This document shows, one piece after another, positions 1 through 7,753 of a stretch of 64,000 bases of DNA. The notes under the pieces were generated by a model. It was not told the origin of the DNA and ran no database searches. It saw only the letters and a program-made list of their open reading frames with translations. Position 1 is the stretch's first letter; the number at the start of each line of letters is the position of its first letter. A program made the translations under genes and the position numbers. The DNA lies in the NCBI GenBank assembly GCA_947449135.1, contig CANFQO010000002.1, positions 2,430 through 66,429 of the forward strand, read 5' to 3'. The stretch comes from Planctomycetaceae bacterium (GTDB lineage: Bacteria; Planctomycetota; Planctomycetia; Pirellulales; UBA1268).

Positions 1-1
1 T

Positions 2-2848
2 GCCGGCACCGTGCAGTTTGATGTCGTGTCGAGTGGCAGCACGGCCCAGTCGCTCGGTGCCGGCGACACGGTCCTTATCGGCTCGGGCACGTCATCCGCA
101 ACGCTGGAATACACAGGGGCTGGTGGCACGCTCGACAAGGATATCGTCGCGGTGGGAGGTGGCTCCAACACGGTGCAAAACTCTGGCGACGGTATTCTCA
201 ACCTCGCCGGCATCCTCAAGAAGGACGGCACGGTCCTGCGGCTCGAGGGCGGTTCGCAGGGCATCAACGTCACGGGCGGCATCGTTGGCTCCAGCCCCAA
301 CTCCGACCTCGTTGTCGCCAACGGCCTGACGATCCTCTCGACAACTGGCTCCTACAACGGGCCGACGTTCATCTACGAGGGCGGCACGCTGCAGTTGGGC
401 ATCGATGATGCGATTCCGAGCGACTCGGTCGTCACGATTGGCAATGTCATTGGTGCCGGCACGCTCTCAACGGGCACGTTCACCAACGCCATCGGCGGGC
501 TGCTGTTCAGCGGCTCTGGTGGCACGGTGAGCCTGACGCCGACGAGCCGCCAGACCTCCACCGTACAGCTTTCGAGCACCGGACTGATCGACCTGACGGG
601 TGGTCTCAGCCTGCTCGATCTTGGCAACACACCCCTTTCCGCCGGCCTCTACAGGCTCATCGCCGGCAGCACGCTCGCCGGTACGTTCGGCACGGTCACG
701 GGCCTCGATTCGAACTACCTGCTCCGCTACGGCACGGTGACCGCTGGTGAGATCGACGCCCAGCGGAGGGCCGATCAGGCGACGACATTCACGATGACCA
801 CCGGTACGGTGACGAGGGCACTGGTCAACACGACGGTGGGCGTGAGCGGAACGGTCACCAACTCGACCGAGATGTTTGGCTCAGATCTGACCGTCTTACT
901 TTCGTCTGGCGGTCTCCTCTCCGCGACGAACTTCAGCTCCGGCACAAGCTCCGTCGCTCCGCAGGCCAGCACCTCGGTCTCGGGCCTGATTGCTACTGGA
1001 GCCTCGGTCGGCACGCAGACCTGGTCGGTGATCAACACCGACACGAACGCCATCACCACGACGAGCACCGCCAGCGGTTCGCTGCAGGTCGTCGACCAGC
1101 GGACGTTCAGCATCACGGGCAACCCCATCGCTCTGGGGCGTTACCTGATCTCCAGCACGCCGACGACGGGCACCGCGAGCGTCAGCAGCGACGGGATCTA
1201 CAATTCGACGGCCAGTGCCGTGCTTGGCAGCTTCAGCATCAGCAACGGCCTGACGCTGTCACTGACGAGCGGTTCAGCGGAATTCTACGGTGCCTCATCC
1301 AGCCAGACGGCGGGCTACAAGGTCACCGGCCTGGCCTCACTGTCCGGCCTGCTCTCCGGAACATTCACATCGAATGTCACGGCGGAGCTCGGCTCGATCA
1401 GTCCGGTGGCCGTGGACTACACGGCGAACCCGGTTGACCAGAGGGTGTTCACTCCCAGCACGCCCACGCTCGCCCTTGGGTATGTCCATCAGGGTACGAC
1501 GCTCTCAGGACCGTCGGTTGGTGTTACGAGCAGCGGGCTCAATGCGACCACTGCCAGTGGCACGCTCGGCTCCTTCACCGGCGGCCCCGCGGGATTCACC
1601 CTCGGCCTTACGGCGGGCTCGGCCGATTTCGTGGGGGCCACGGCCTCGCAGACGGCCACCTATTCGATTGCCGGCACGGCCACCACACTGGGCAGCCTGA
1701 GTGGCACCTATACTTCCGCAGTAACCGCCGAGTTCGGGTCGATCCCGGACGTAACCGTGGCGGTCACCGGCCAGGTCTACAGCGGCCAGGCGACCTGGAA
1801 AACGAACGGCGGTGGTAACTGGGGCACGCTTGCTGGCGCGGGCGTCAACGCCTTTGGTCTGAACTGGGGAGCCAACCAGGGCTCTCCCGGTCTTGATTCG
1901 AACTACACGAATACCGACACGGCGACGTTCGGCTCGGCGGTGGCCAGCGGCACGGCAACGATCAGGACCAGCGGTGCCAACATCAGCCTGAAGGCGATCT
2001 CGTTCGACAACGCCAACGCCTCCTACACGATCCTTCAGAGTGGCGGCAGCACCCCGATCAGGCTGGCCGGCAGTGGGACCAGTGCGTCGACGATCAATGC
2101 GATGGCCGGCTCGCATACGATCTCTTCGAATATGACGCTCGGCTCTGCGATGGCAGTGGACGTGAGTGCCGGAGCAGCACTCACCATCAACAACACCATC
2201 AGTGGTACTTCGTCGGATTACAGCCTCACCAAGACCGGTGTTGGCACGCTGACCATGAACGGAGACAACAGCTACGTGGGCGACACGATCGTCGAGGCCG
2301 GTACGCTGAGAGGTGTCGGTTCGCTGGCAGGCCTGCTCGCCGTGCGGAATGGGGCGACATTCGCTGTGGGCGACGAGGCCGCATTCGGAGTGTTTGAAGT
2401 GGGTTCATTGACCCTCGATATGGGTTCGACGACAAAGCTGTTGGTCAGCGGTACCACTGCCGGCAGCGACTACGACCAGATCGCGAGTGCGGGCGGGCCG
2501 CTGTCCTACGGTGGCGTTCTCGATCTGACACTCTCCGGCAGCTATGCCCTGGGGACGCGGTTCAGTATCTTCGAAGGGTTTGGAACGAAGTTTGGCACAC
2601 TCACCGACGTGACGCTGACGACGCCGTCTGACTCCGTATACAAAGGACTGGTGTTCACCAAATCGATCTTCGAGAGTACGGTCGTCTGGTGGACCCAGCC
2701 GAACTCGGCTGGCCAGTCGCTGAAGTTCGAAGAAGCGACCGGCGCGCTCATCGTCGTGCCGGAGCCGTCGACGATTGTGATCGCCTCCATCGGCGCCGCC
2801 CTCGCCGGCCTCCAGCGATACCGCCGCCGGAAGTCAGAACGCGTCTGA
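2..2848 (+). CDS. Large secreted beta-strand-repeat surface protein with a C-terminal PEP-CTERM sorting signal. The 5' end runs off the window.
   Basis: The frame of the 945-aa ORF is open back to the window edge. It is Gly/Thr/Ser-rich. It has an autotransporter-associated beta-strand-repeat-like segment, LTKTGVGTLTMNGDNSYVGDTIVEAGTL. The C-terminus VPEPSTIVIASIGAALAGLQRYRRRK is a PEP motif followed by a TM helix and a basic tail. Confidence 0.8.
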   Translation, partial: AGTVQFDVVSSGSTAQSLGAGDTVLIGSGTSSATLEYTGAGGTLDKDIVAVGGGSNTVQNSGDGILNLAGILKKDGTVLRLEGGSQGINVTGGIVGSSPNSDLVVANGLTILSTTGSYNGPTFIYEGGTLQLGIDDAIPSDSVVTIGNVIGAGTLSTGTFTNAIGGLLFSGSGGTVSLTPTSRQTSTVQLSSTGLIDLTGGLSLLDLGNTPLSAGLYRLIAGSTLAGTFGTVTGLDSNYLLRYGTVTAGEIDAQRRADQATTFTMTTGTVTRALVNTTVGVSGTVTNSTEMFGSDLTVLLSSGGLLSATNFSSGTSSVAPQASTSVSGLIATGASVGTQTWSVINTDTNAITTTSTASGSLQVVDQRTFSITGNPIALGRYLISSTPTTGTASVSSDGIYNSTASAVLGSFSISNGLTLSLTSGSAEFYGASSSQTAGYKVTGLASLSGLLSGTFTSNVTAELGSISPVAVDYTANPVDQRVFTPSTPTLALGYVHQGTTLSGPSVGVTSSGLNATTASGTLGSFTGGPAGFTLGLTAGSADFVGATASQTATYSIAGTATTLGSLSGTYTSAVTAEFGSIPDVTVAVTGQVYSGQATWKTNGGGNWGTLAGAGVNAFGLNWGANQGSPGLDSNYTNTDTATFGSAVASGTATIRTSGANISLKAISFDNANASYTILQSGGSTPIRLAGSGTSASTINAMAGSHTISSNMTLGSAMAVDVSAGAALTINNTISGTSSDYSLTKTGVGTLTMNGDNSYVGDTIVEAGTLRGVGSLAGLLAVRNGATFAVGDEAAFGVFEVGSLTLDMGSTTKLLVSGTTAGSDYDQIASAGGPLSYGGVLDLTLSGSYALGTRFSIFEGFGTKFGTLTDVTLTTPSDSVYKGLVFTKSIFESTVVWWTQPNSAGQSLKFEEATGALIVVPEPSTIVIASIGAALAGLQRYRRRKSERV

Positions 2849-2887
2849 CTTAGGGCTAGCACTGGCTTCGGGGGCGGCAAAAGTCTC
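2843..2887 (+). repeat. GC-rich post-stop motif, copy 1 (core GGCTTCGGGGGCGGCA)
   Basis: About 31 of 38 aligned nt match 10824-10867. It overlaps or immediately follows the stop codon at 2846-2848. GGGGGCGGC can pair with GCCGACCCCC at 2928-2937. Confidence 0.35.
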
Positions 2888-3002
2888 GTCGCGGGGGCCG
2901 CCGCGGCCCAACGCTCCTCGAGCTTCCGCCGACCCCCTCGCCTACGTCTCCAGGTTTGCAACGTCGTCGCTTCAGCTCTCGGAGATCCGCTCTAGCGACG
3001 CA

Positions 3003-3035
3003 GGCCTGAGCCGCAGCTGACAGATCGCTCAGGCC
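3003..3035. terminator. Perfect 9-bp inverted repeat (GGCCTGAGC N15 GCTCAGGCC) between convergent genes. Possible bidirectional terminator or stabiliser hairpin.
   Basis: The inverted repeat was read directly. It lies in the 288-bp gap between the 3' ends of the PEP-CTERM gene and the 3137-3649 gene. No U-tract follows it. Confidence 0.3.
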
Positions 3036-3136
3036 ACCGTCGTGAGCTGTTGCATTGTCCAGTGCGGATGCAGACCGGCGTCATCCGTGGCGAGCGATTG
3101 GCCCCCACCCGGAATTCGGGGCGGGTGTACGCCGTG

Positions 3137-3649
3137 TCAGCCATGACCGGCAATGCTGACCGCAGCCTGGAGCTGCGCGGCTGATACTGTCATCGCCCTG
3201 GCGAAGCCGGCGACAAACCGGGCAGAGCCCGCGGGTGTGAACGTCACAATGGAAAAGTCGCCCAGTTGGAACCAGTCGGCCGCTGACGGGAACTTCTCCA
3301 AGTAGGCCCGCGCAAGCGTGCCGTGGTCGGGATGCTCCCGGTCGATGAACTCTGCCACGGCAGGGATCGAGACCCTTGGCAGAGCCTGTGGCGGCACAGG
3401 CTCTGCATCACCCGTGGCATCGGGAGCCGTGATCAGCAGGCAGACCCTCGGCGACTCGAGCATGTCGCGGGTGTGGGCCGACAGTCGGCTGACGTGGGTG
3501 ACGAGGAGCAACCGCTCGCCGGCAGCATCCTGCCAGGTCGCGTAGGGGATCATCGAAGCGTAGGGCAGTCCCTCGTGCAGTGTGGCCAGTGAGGCCACGA
3601 AACGGCTCTGGATCAGTTCCCCGAGCAGGTGCGAGGCTGCGGGATCCAT
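3137..3649 (-). CDS. Pyridoxamine-5'-phosphate-oxidase-like FMN-binding split-barrel family protein (HugZ-like)
   Basis: 170-aa ORF with GC-skewed third codon positions. Its residue pattern (ASLATLHEGLPYASMIPYA ... LLLVTHVSRLSAHTRDM) resembles PNPOx-like split-barrel proteins. The family call is from memory only. Confidence 0.5.
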   Translation of the reverse strand: MDPAASHLLGELIQSRFVASLATLHEGLPYASMIPYATWQDAAGERLLLVTHVSRLSAHTRDMLESPRVCLLITAPDATGDAEPVPPQALPRVSIPAVAEFIDREHPDHGTLARAYLEKFPSAADWFQLGDFSIVTFTPAGSARFVAGFARAMTVSAAQLQAAVSIAGHG

Positions 3650-3713
3650 GATGCGTTTACGAGAGGGAAGCTAGGCCGAACAGAGTGACGACCGAGCCCG
3701 ACGTGAAGCCGGC

Positions 3714-4184
3714 TTACCAGGCGAAGTGAGCAAACGCCTTATTGGCGTCGGCCATGCGGTGCACGTTGTCACGCTTGGTCACCGCGGCACCTTCGCGCTT
3801 GTAGGCGGCGATGATCTCCTCGGCGAGTTTCTCGAACGTGCCCCGGCCCTTCTTCTCGCGAACTGCCAGCAACAGCCAGCGGATCGCCAGTGACTGCTGA
3901 CGGTTGCGGCTCACCTGCATCGGCACCTGATAAGCGGCACCGCCGACACGCTTCGATCGAACCTCGACAGAAGGTTTGATGTTTTCAATGGCCCGATTGA
4001 AGATCTCGATCGGTTCCGCGTCGGTGATCTTTTGGGCGACGATGTCCATCGCCTTATAGAAAATGTTTTGAGCGACGCTCTTCTTGCCATCTTCCATCAG
4101 GCAGTTGATGAACTTGCTGGCCAGCAAGGACCCGAAACGCGGGTCGGGGCGGAGTTGTTCGCGACTGGATGTGATATTTCCCAT
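3714..4184 (-). CDS. rpsG: 30S ribosomal protein S7
   Basis: 156 aa with clear full-length similarity to S7 (PDPRFGS...[20 protein letters not shown]...[16 protein letters not shown]...[10 protein letters not shown]). Confidence 0.97.
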   Translation of the reverse strand: MGNITSSREQLRPDPRFGSLLASKFINCLMEDGKKSVAQNIFYKAMDIVAQKITDAEPIEIFNRAIENIKPSVEVRSKRVGGAAYQVPMQVSRNRQQSLAIRWLLLAVREKKGRGTFEKLAEEIIAAYKREGAAVTKRDNVHRMADANKAFAHFAW

Positions 4185-4193
4185 GATTCAGGA

Positions 4194-4562
4194 TCAACCC
4201 TTCTTGGCACCGTAGAGACTGCGCGACTGCTTCCGACCCTGCACGCCCAGCGTGTCGAGCGCGCCGCGAATGATGTGATAGCGAACACCGGGGAGGTCGC
4301 GAACGCGGCCACCGCGAATGAGCACGATCGAGTGCTCCTGCAGGTTGTGGCCTTCACCCGGGATGTAGACAGTGACTTCCTTCTGGTTCGAAAGCCGCAC
4401 GCGGGCGATCTTCCGAAGGGCCGAGTTCGGCTTCTTGGGCGTCATCGTGCGGACCTGGAGGCAGACACCGCGTTTTTGCGGGCAGCGGTCGAGCACGGGC
4501 GACTTGGAAAACTTCCGTTTGGGCCGGCGGCGGCTGCGGACAAGTTGGCTGATCGTGGGCAT
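4194..4562 (-). CDS. rpsL: 30S ribosomal protein S12
   Basis: [10 protein letters not shown]...[40 protein letters not shown]...[29 protein letters not shown]. The start was moved to the internal ATG at 4562. The upstream 29 codons of the ORF are not S12-like. Confidence 0.97.
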   Translation of the reverse strand: MPTISQLVRSRRRPKRKFSKSPVLDRCPQKRGVCLQVRTMTPKKPNSALRKIARVRLSNQKEVTVYIPGEGHNLQEHSIVLIRGGRVRDLPGVRYHIIRGALDTLGVQGRKQSRSLYGAKKG

Positions 4563-4670
4563 GAACGTGGCTTCGAAAGGCTCTGGAGGGACGCGAATCG
4601 CGAGTCCCAAAGAGTAGCCGAAATCGGACGCCGCCGGAAGCGGTATCACGAAAACCGCTGTTTTTGCGAC

Positions 4671-5510
4671 TCAACGCCCCAGACGGTGGAAAATCTCGCC
4701 CCGGCCGCCGGCCAGCAGATCGCCGTGCCACTGCTGCCAGATGCCCCCGAAAGCATCGGCCGGCAGGCCTGCGGTGGCCTGGAATCCGGCCCGGGCGAGT
4801 CGGCCTGCCAGCAGCGGCAGGATGGTGGGCGACCAGGCCGCACCCCGGGAAAAGGTGGGCGGCACCTCCGGCATTTCCGACAGGGCGATCAGCGATCCCC
4901 GGCGCATGCCCATGCCCGAGCGGCGGCCTACCCGCCCGGCCACCAGCACCGTGCCGGCCCGCATCTCAAAGGCAGCCGCCTCGCCGCAGGAACCGCCGAT
5001 GCCCAGCACGCCGCGTCGCATCCGCGCGGCCGCCAGGCAGCCGACATCACCGTTGATGGCAATCAGTCCCCCACGGACGCCGGTCTCGCTGCCGGGCAAC
5101 GCTGCCGCGACATGGTCGCCGGCGTTGCCCCGCACCAGCACCTCGCCTCCGGTCATGTCGGCCGCCAGCCATTCGCCGGCGTCGCCCTCCACGGAGAGCG
5201 TTCCCCCCGCCATGGCTTCGCCAGCGTGCCGGCCGATATTCCCCTGCACCACGATCTCGCCCCGCTGCATGCCGGCACCGAGCCGGTGCACGTGGGAGAA
5301 GTCGCCGTCGCAGAGGATCCGGCCATCGGCCGCACCGCCCTCGATGGCAAACAGGTCTCCGAGCGGACAGGTTCGGCCGTCGGCCACGATGGCGATACGG
5401 GCAATCGATACGGTGGAGAGTTCAGCGAGTCGGTCGGGTGTGATGCCGGCCAACTCGATGGAAAGCGGCCCGTTGCCGGCCGTGGTGGATGGCGAAAGCA
5501 GAAGTGGCAT
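4671..5510 (-). CDS. fhcC: Formylmethanofuran dehydrogenase subunit C-like protein (formyltransferase/hydrolase complex subunit FhcC)
   Basis: It has repeated GXXGXXXG beta-helix units (VVQGNIGRHAGEAMAGGTLSVEGDAGEWLAADMTGGEVLVRGNAGDHV ... IAINGDVG) typical of FwdC/FhcC. The start is set at MPLLLSPS (ATG 5510) because the upstream in-frame starts lie inside the terminator hairpin. Confidence 0.8.
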   Translation of the reverse strand: MPLLLSPSTTAGNGPLSIELAGITPDRLAELSTVSIARIAIVADGRTCPLGDLFAIEGGAADGRILCDGDFSHVHRLGAGMQRGEIVVQGNIGRHAGEAMAGGTLSVEGDAGEWLAADMTGGEVLVRGNAGDHVAAALPGSETGVRGGLIAINGDVGCLAAARMRRGVLGIGGSCGEAAAFEMRAGTVLVAGRVGRRSGMGMRRGSLIALSEMPEVPPTFSRGAAWSPTILPLLAGRLARAGFQATAGLPADAFGGIWQQWHGDLLAGGRGEIFHRLGR

Positions 5511-5525
5511 GAAGGAGCCGTGCAC

Positions 5526-5571
5526 AAAAAAAGCTGGGGGCGATGGGAGCATCTCTCCCGTCGCCCCCAGC
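5526..5571 (-). terminator. Rho-independent terminator of the hsp20 operon
   Basis: On the minus strand there is a 17-position GC-rich stem (5571-5555 pairing with 5549-5533, one A-C mismatch) and a 5-nt loop. U7 follows immediately (plus-strand A7 at 5526-5532). It sits 58 nt after the hsp20 stop at 5629. Confidence 0.75.
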
Positions 5572-5628
5572 ATACTTGACGCTACGGCGCGAACACCGCC
5601 AGCCGCCGTTTCGTACGGCGTCTATTTC

Positions 5629-6117
5629 TCAGGAGGTGAGCACCGGCACCTTTCGCGACGTGCTCGTGGGCGACTTCTTCAACTCCACGGTGAGCACCCC
5701 CTTGTCGTACCGGGCCGTCACCTTTGCGGGATCGACCGCCTCCGGCAGCGGAATGGCACGGCTGAAGCTGCCATAGTGGCTTTCACGATGCTTCCAGCCG
5801 TCGGCCGTCTTCTCGGTTGCCGACTTCTTTTCGCCCGAGATCACGAGTCGGTCTTCCGAAACGCTGACATCGACATCCTTGGGGTCGATGCCGGGCAGTT
5901 CGGCCCGCACGTGGATCTCCGCGCCGCTCTCCGACAGATCAATCGCAGGCATCCATTGTCCGGGTTCGCCCGCCTCAAACCACGACGGCCCGGTCAGCGG
6001 GCGGTTCAGGAAGCCCTCGAGCAGACGGTTCATCTCGTTTCGAAAATCACCCATCGTCGCCAGGCTGCTGGGCTCCATGCCGGTCGATCGCTTCGTGCGA
6101 AAAGGTATCAGGCTCAT
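5629..6117 (-). CDS. Hsp20/alpha-crystallin small heat-shock protein (third gene of the operon)
   Basis: Alpha-crystallin domain: AIDLSESGAEIHVRAELPGIDPKDVDVSVSEDRLVISGEKK...YGSFSRAIPLPEAVDPAKVTARYDKGVLTVELKK. The start is at MSLIPF (ATG 6117), preceded by the SD-like sequence AAAGGGGA. Confidence 0.9.
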   Translation of the reverse strand: MSLIPFRTKRSTGMEPSSLATMGDFRNEMNRLLEGFLNRPLTGPSWFEAGEPGQWMPAIDLSESGAEIHVRAELPGIDPKDVDVSVSEDRLVISGEKKSATEKTADGWKHRESHYGSFSRAIPLPEAVDPAKVTARYDKGVLTVELKKSPTSTSRKVPVLTS

Positions 6118-6126
6118 CGGTTGTCC

Positions 6127-6152
6127 CCTTTTCTGTTCACGTGAAAAAACAT
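6127..6152 (-). promoter_or_regulatory. U6-tract hairpin abutting the SD of hsp20 (5629-6117), centred on the palindrome TTCACGTGAA
   Basis: The minus-sense RNA reads UGUUUUUUCACGUGAACAGAAAAGGGGA. The U-run can pair with GAACAGAAAAGG, which leads into the SD. Confidence 0.3.
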
Positions 6153-6176
6153 TCGAGACCATCGTCATCATGCCGG

Positions 6177-6596
6177 TCAGGCGGACCGCACTTCGATCTT
6201 CCGCGGTCGCACCGCTGCCAACCGCGGTACATGAATCGTGAGGACGCCCCGGCGATACTCTGCTGAAATCTGCGAGGCGTCGAAGCCCTCGCCGAGTCGG
6301 AACGAGCGACGGTAGTCGCCGATCCCATACTCCTGCCCGATCTGCCGGCCCTGCAGGGGCCGCTGCGGCACCTGCGCAAACACTGCGAGCACGCCGTCCT
6401 CGAAGGACACGTTCATGCTGTCGGCCTTTGCTCCCGGCATGTCAGCGACCAGCATCACCTCCGCGCCACAGTCGCAGACGTCGACGTTGGGTTGGTAGAC
6501 GAGGCAAGGGGCCGCCGTTGGCTGCGACGATTCGACCGACTGATCGGGCCGGGCCGGGGCAGCGGGCTGAGCGGCCGAATGGAATGTGGGAACCAT
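6177..6596 (-). CDS. Hsp20/alpha-crystallin small heat-shock protein (second gene of the operon)
   Basis: VDVCDCGAEVMLVADMPGAKADSMNVSFEDGVLAVFAQV...GDYRRSFRLGEGFDASQISAEYRRGVLTIHVPR. The start is at MVPTFHS (ATG 6596) with a GAGGAG SD 7 nt upstream. The longer ORF N-terminus overlaps the upstream gene and is not Hsp20-like. Confidence 0.9.
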   Translation of the reverse strand: MVPTFHSAAQPAAPARPDQSVESSQPTAAPCLVYQPNVDVCDCGAEVMLVADMPGAKADSMNVSFEDGVLAVFAQVPQRPLQGRQIGQEYGIGDYRRSFRLGEGFDASQISAEYRRGVLTIHVPRLAAVRPRKIEVRSA

Positions 6597-6611
6597 GAAA
6601 ATGCTCCTCTG

Positions 6612-6640
6612 AAAAAAATGTCTGGGAAAAAATGTCTGGG
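6612..6640 (-). repeat. Tandem direct repeat (A6-7 TGTCTGGG, two copies) in the 70-bp hsp20 intercistronic spacer
   Basis: Read directly on the plus strand as aaaaaaatgtctggg aaaaaatgtctggg. On the mRNA it reads CCCAGACAUUUUUU CCCAGACAUUUUUUU and ends 2 nt before the GAGGAG SD. Confidence 0.8.
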
Positions 6641-6666
6641 GATTCTGTTTCTCGAATCGCTTCGGC

Positions 6667-7185
6667 TCAGCCGGCCCGGACCGCAACCTTGTGAGGCTGA
6701 CGCTCGGGAGCTTTTGGGCACGTGATGGTGAGCACGCCGTCGACGAGCTTCGCCTCAACGCGACTGGCATCGACGCCCGTCGGCAGCATGAGCCGCCGTT
6801 CGAAGCTGCCGGTGCCCCGCTCGCGGCGATGCCAGGTGACGGACGCCTGCCGCTCGCCATTCCCGTGGCCGGCCCCGGCATCAGGTTTGGCAGGTGCGGC
6901 AGGGGTTTGCGTCTCTGGCCGGGCGCCCTTCAGCACGAGTTCCTCGCCGTTCACCGCGATGTCGATGTCGCCGGCATCAAGCCCGGGAAGTTCGGCTTCG
7001 ATGGTGATGCAATCGTCGCTTTCGCCAATATTGACGGCCGGGAACACGTCGGAAGCGGGCCGAACCCCCCAGCCGTGAAGCGGCGGTGCGGCCGTGAGCG
7101 AGGTCCACAGCCGATCCAACTCATCACGCAGTTCAACGAGCGGAAAATCTAGGCCAGAGCGCGGTAGGGATCGATAGAGAGGCAT
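6667..7185 (-). CDS. Hsp20/alpha-crystallin small heat-shock protein (first gene of the operon)
   Basis: PAVNIGESDDCITIEAELPGLDAGDIDIAVNGEELVLKGAR...GSFERRLMLPTGVDASRVEAKLVDGVLTITCPK. The start is at MPLYRS (ATG 7185) with a GAAGGAG SD 6 nt upstream. Confidence 0.9.
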   Translation of the reverse strand: MPLYRSLPRSGLDFPLVELRDELDRLWTSLTAAPPLHGWGVRPASDVFPAVNIGESDDCITIEAELPGLDAGDIDIAVNGEELVLKGARPETQTPAAPAKPDAGAGHGNGERQASVTWHRRERGTGSFERRLMLPTGVDASRVEAKLVDGVLTITCPKAPERQPHKVAVRAG

Positions 7186-7194
7186 GACATGCTC

Positions 7195-7211
7195 CTTCAA
7201 CAAAGGTGAAG
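7195..7211 (-). promoter_or_regulatory. Small hairpin occluding part of the SD of the first hsp20 gene
   Basis: In the minus-sense RNA CUUCA-CCUUUGU-UGAAG, the 3' arm is part of the GAAGGAG SD. An alternative CCUU/AAGG pairing is also possible. Confidence 0.3.
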
Positions 7212-7423
7212 ACTGGGACCGAAAGGGGCTCTGAAACCACAACAAGCCCGAGGCGAGTGCCTCCCGCCGTCCCTGGAACGATGTCGCCCCATCCGCCAGC
7301 AGTTTGTGTCCGCGGGCTGTTTCGGGGCACGGCAATCATTCGCAGTGCAGGCGGGGAAAACAAATCAGCGAATGGTGCGGGGGCCGATGTCGGCACGCCG
7401 TCATTCGGAGATGCCAACAAGAA

Positions 7424-7441
7424 ATGCAAGAAGCGTGCCGA
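7424..7441 (-). promoter_or_regulatory. Sigma-54 (-24/-12) type promoter candidate for the hsp20 operon
   Basis: The minus strand reads TCGGCACGCTTCTTGCAT against the consensus TGGCACG-N4-TTGCW. GG and GC are 12 nt apart. It lies about 240 nt upstream of ATG 7185 in a 568-bp non-coding region. Confidence 0.5.
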
Positions 7442-7753
7442 ATCCAGCGAAGGCACGGGGAGAGGCCTGGACACGCGGAGAACGGCCTGAAAATGTCTGC
7501 ATGCATCCGGTCGCTCGCAGCACGGCGGCGGTGGTCTGGCAGAACTGCCGAGCTGTGAGTCTTGTAGCGGCTGTCAGCGTGGCAGCTTGGAGTGCCCAGC
7601 GGTGCGGGGTGCTCCCGCTGGTTGTAGGACCGTACTGATTTCCTATACTGCGATCAGCTTTCGAACGGAGTCGCCGCCGGCCGTCCTGATGCGTCGCACC
7701 GGCTTTGGCTGCAGTTTCTTCAGACGAAGACGTGCGGAAATCCTGGAGTCCAC

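Noticed and set aside
4032-6144. Long plus-strand ORFs (4032-5579, 515 aa; 4741-6144, 467 aa) overlapping rpsL, fhcC and hsp20
   Set aside because: They are antisense or alternative-frame shadows of clearly identifiable minus-strand genes in GC-rich DNA. The translations are Arg/Pro/Ala/Gly-rich low-complexity sequence with no recognisable motifs.
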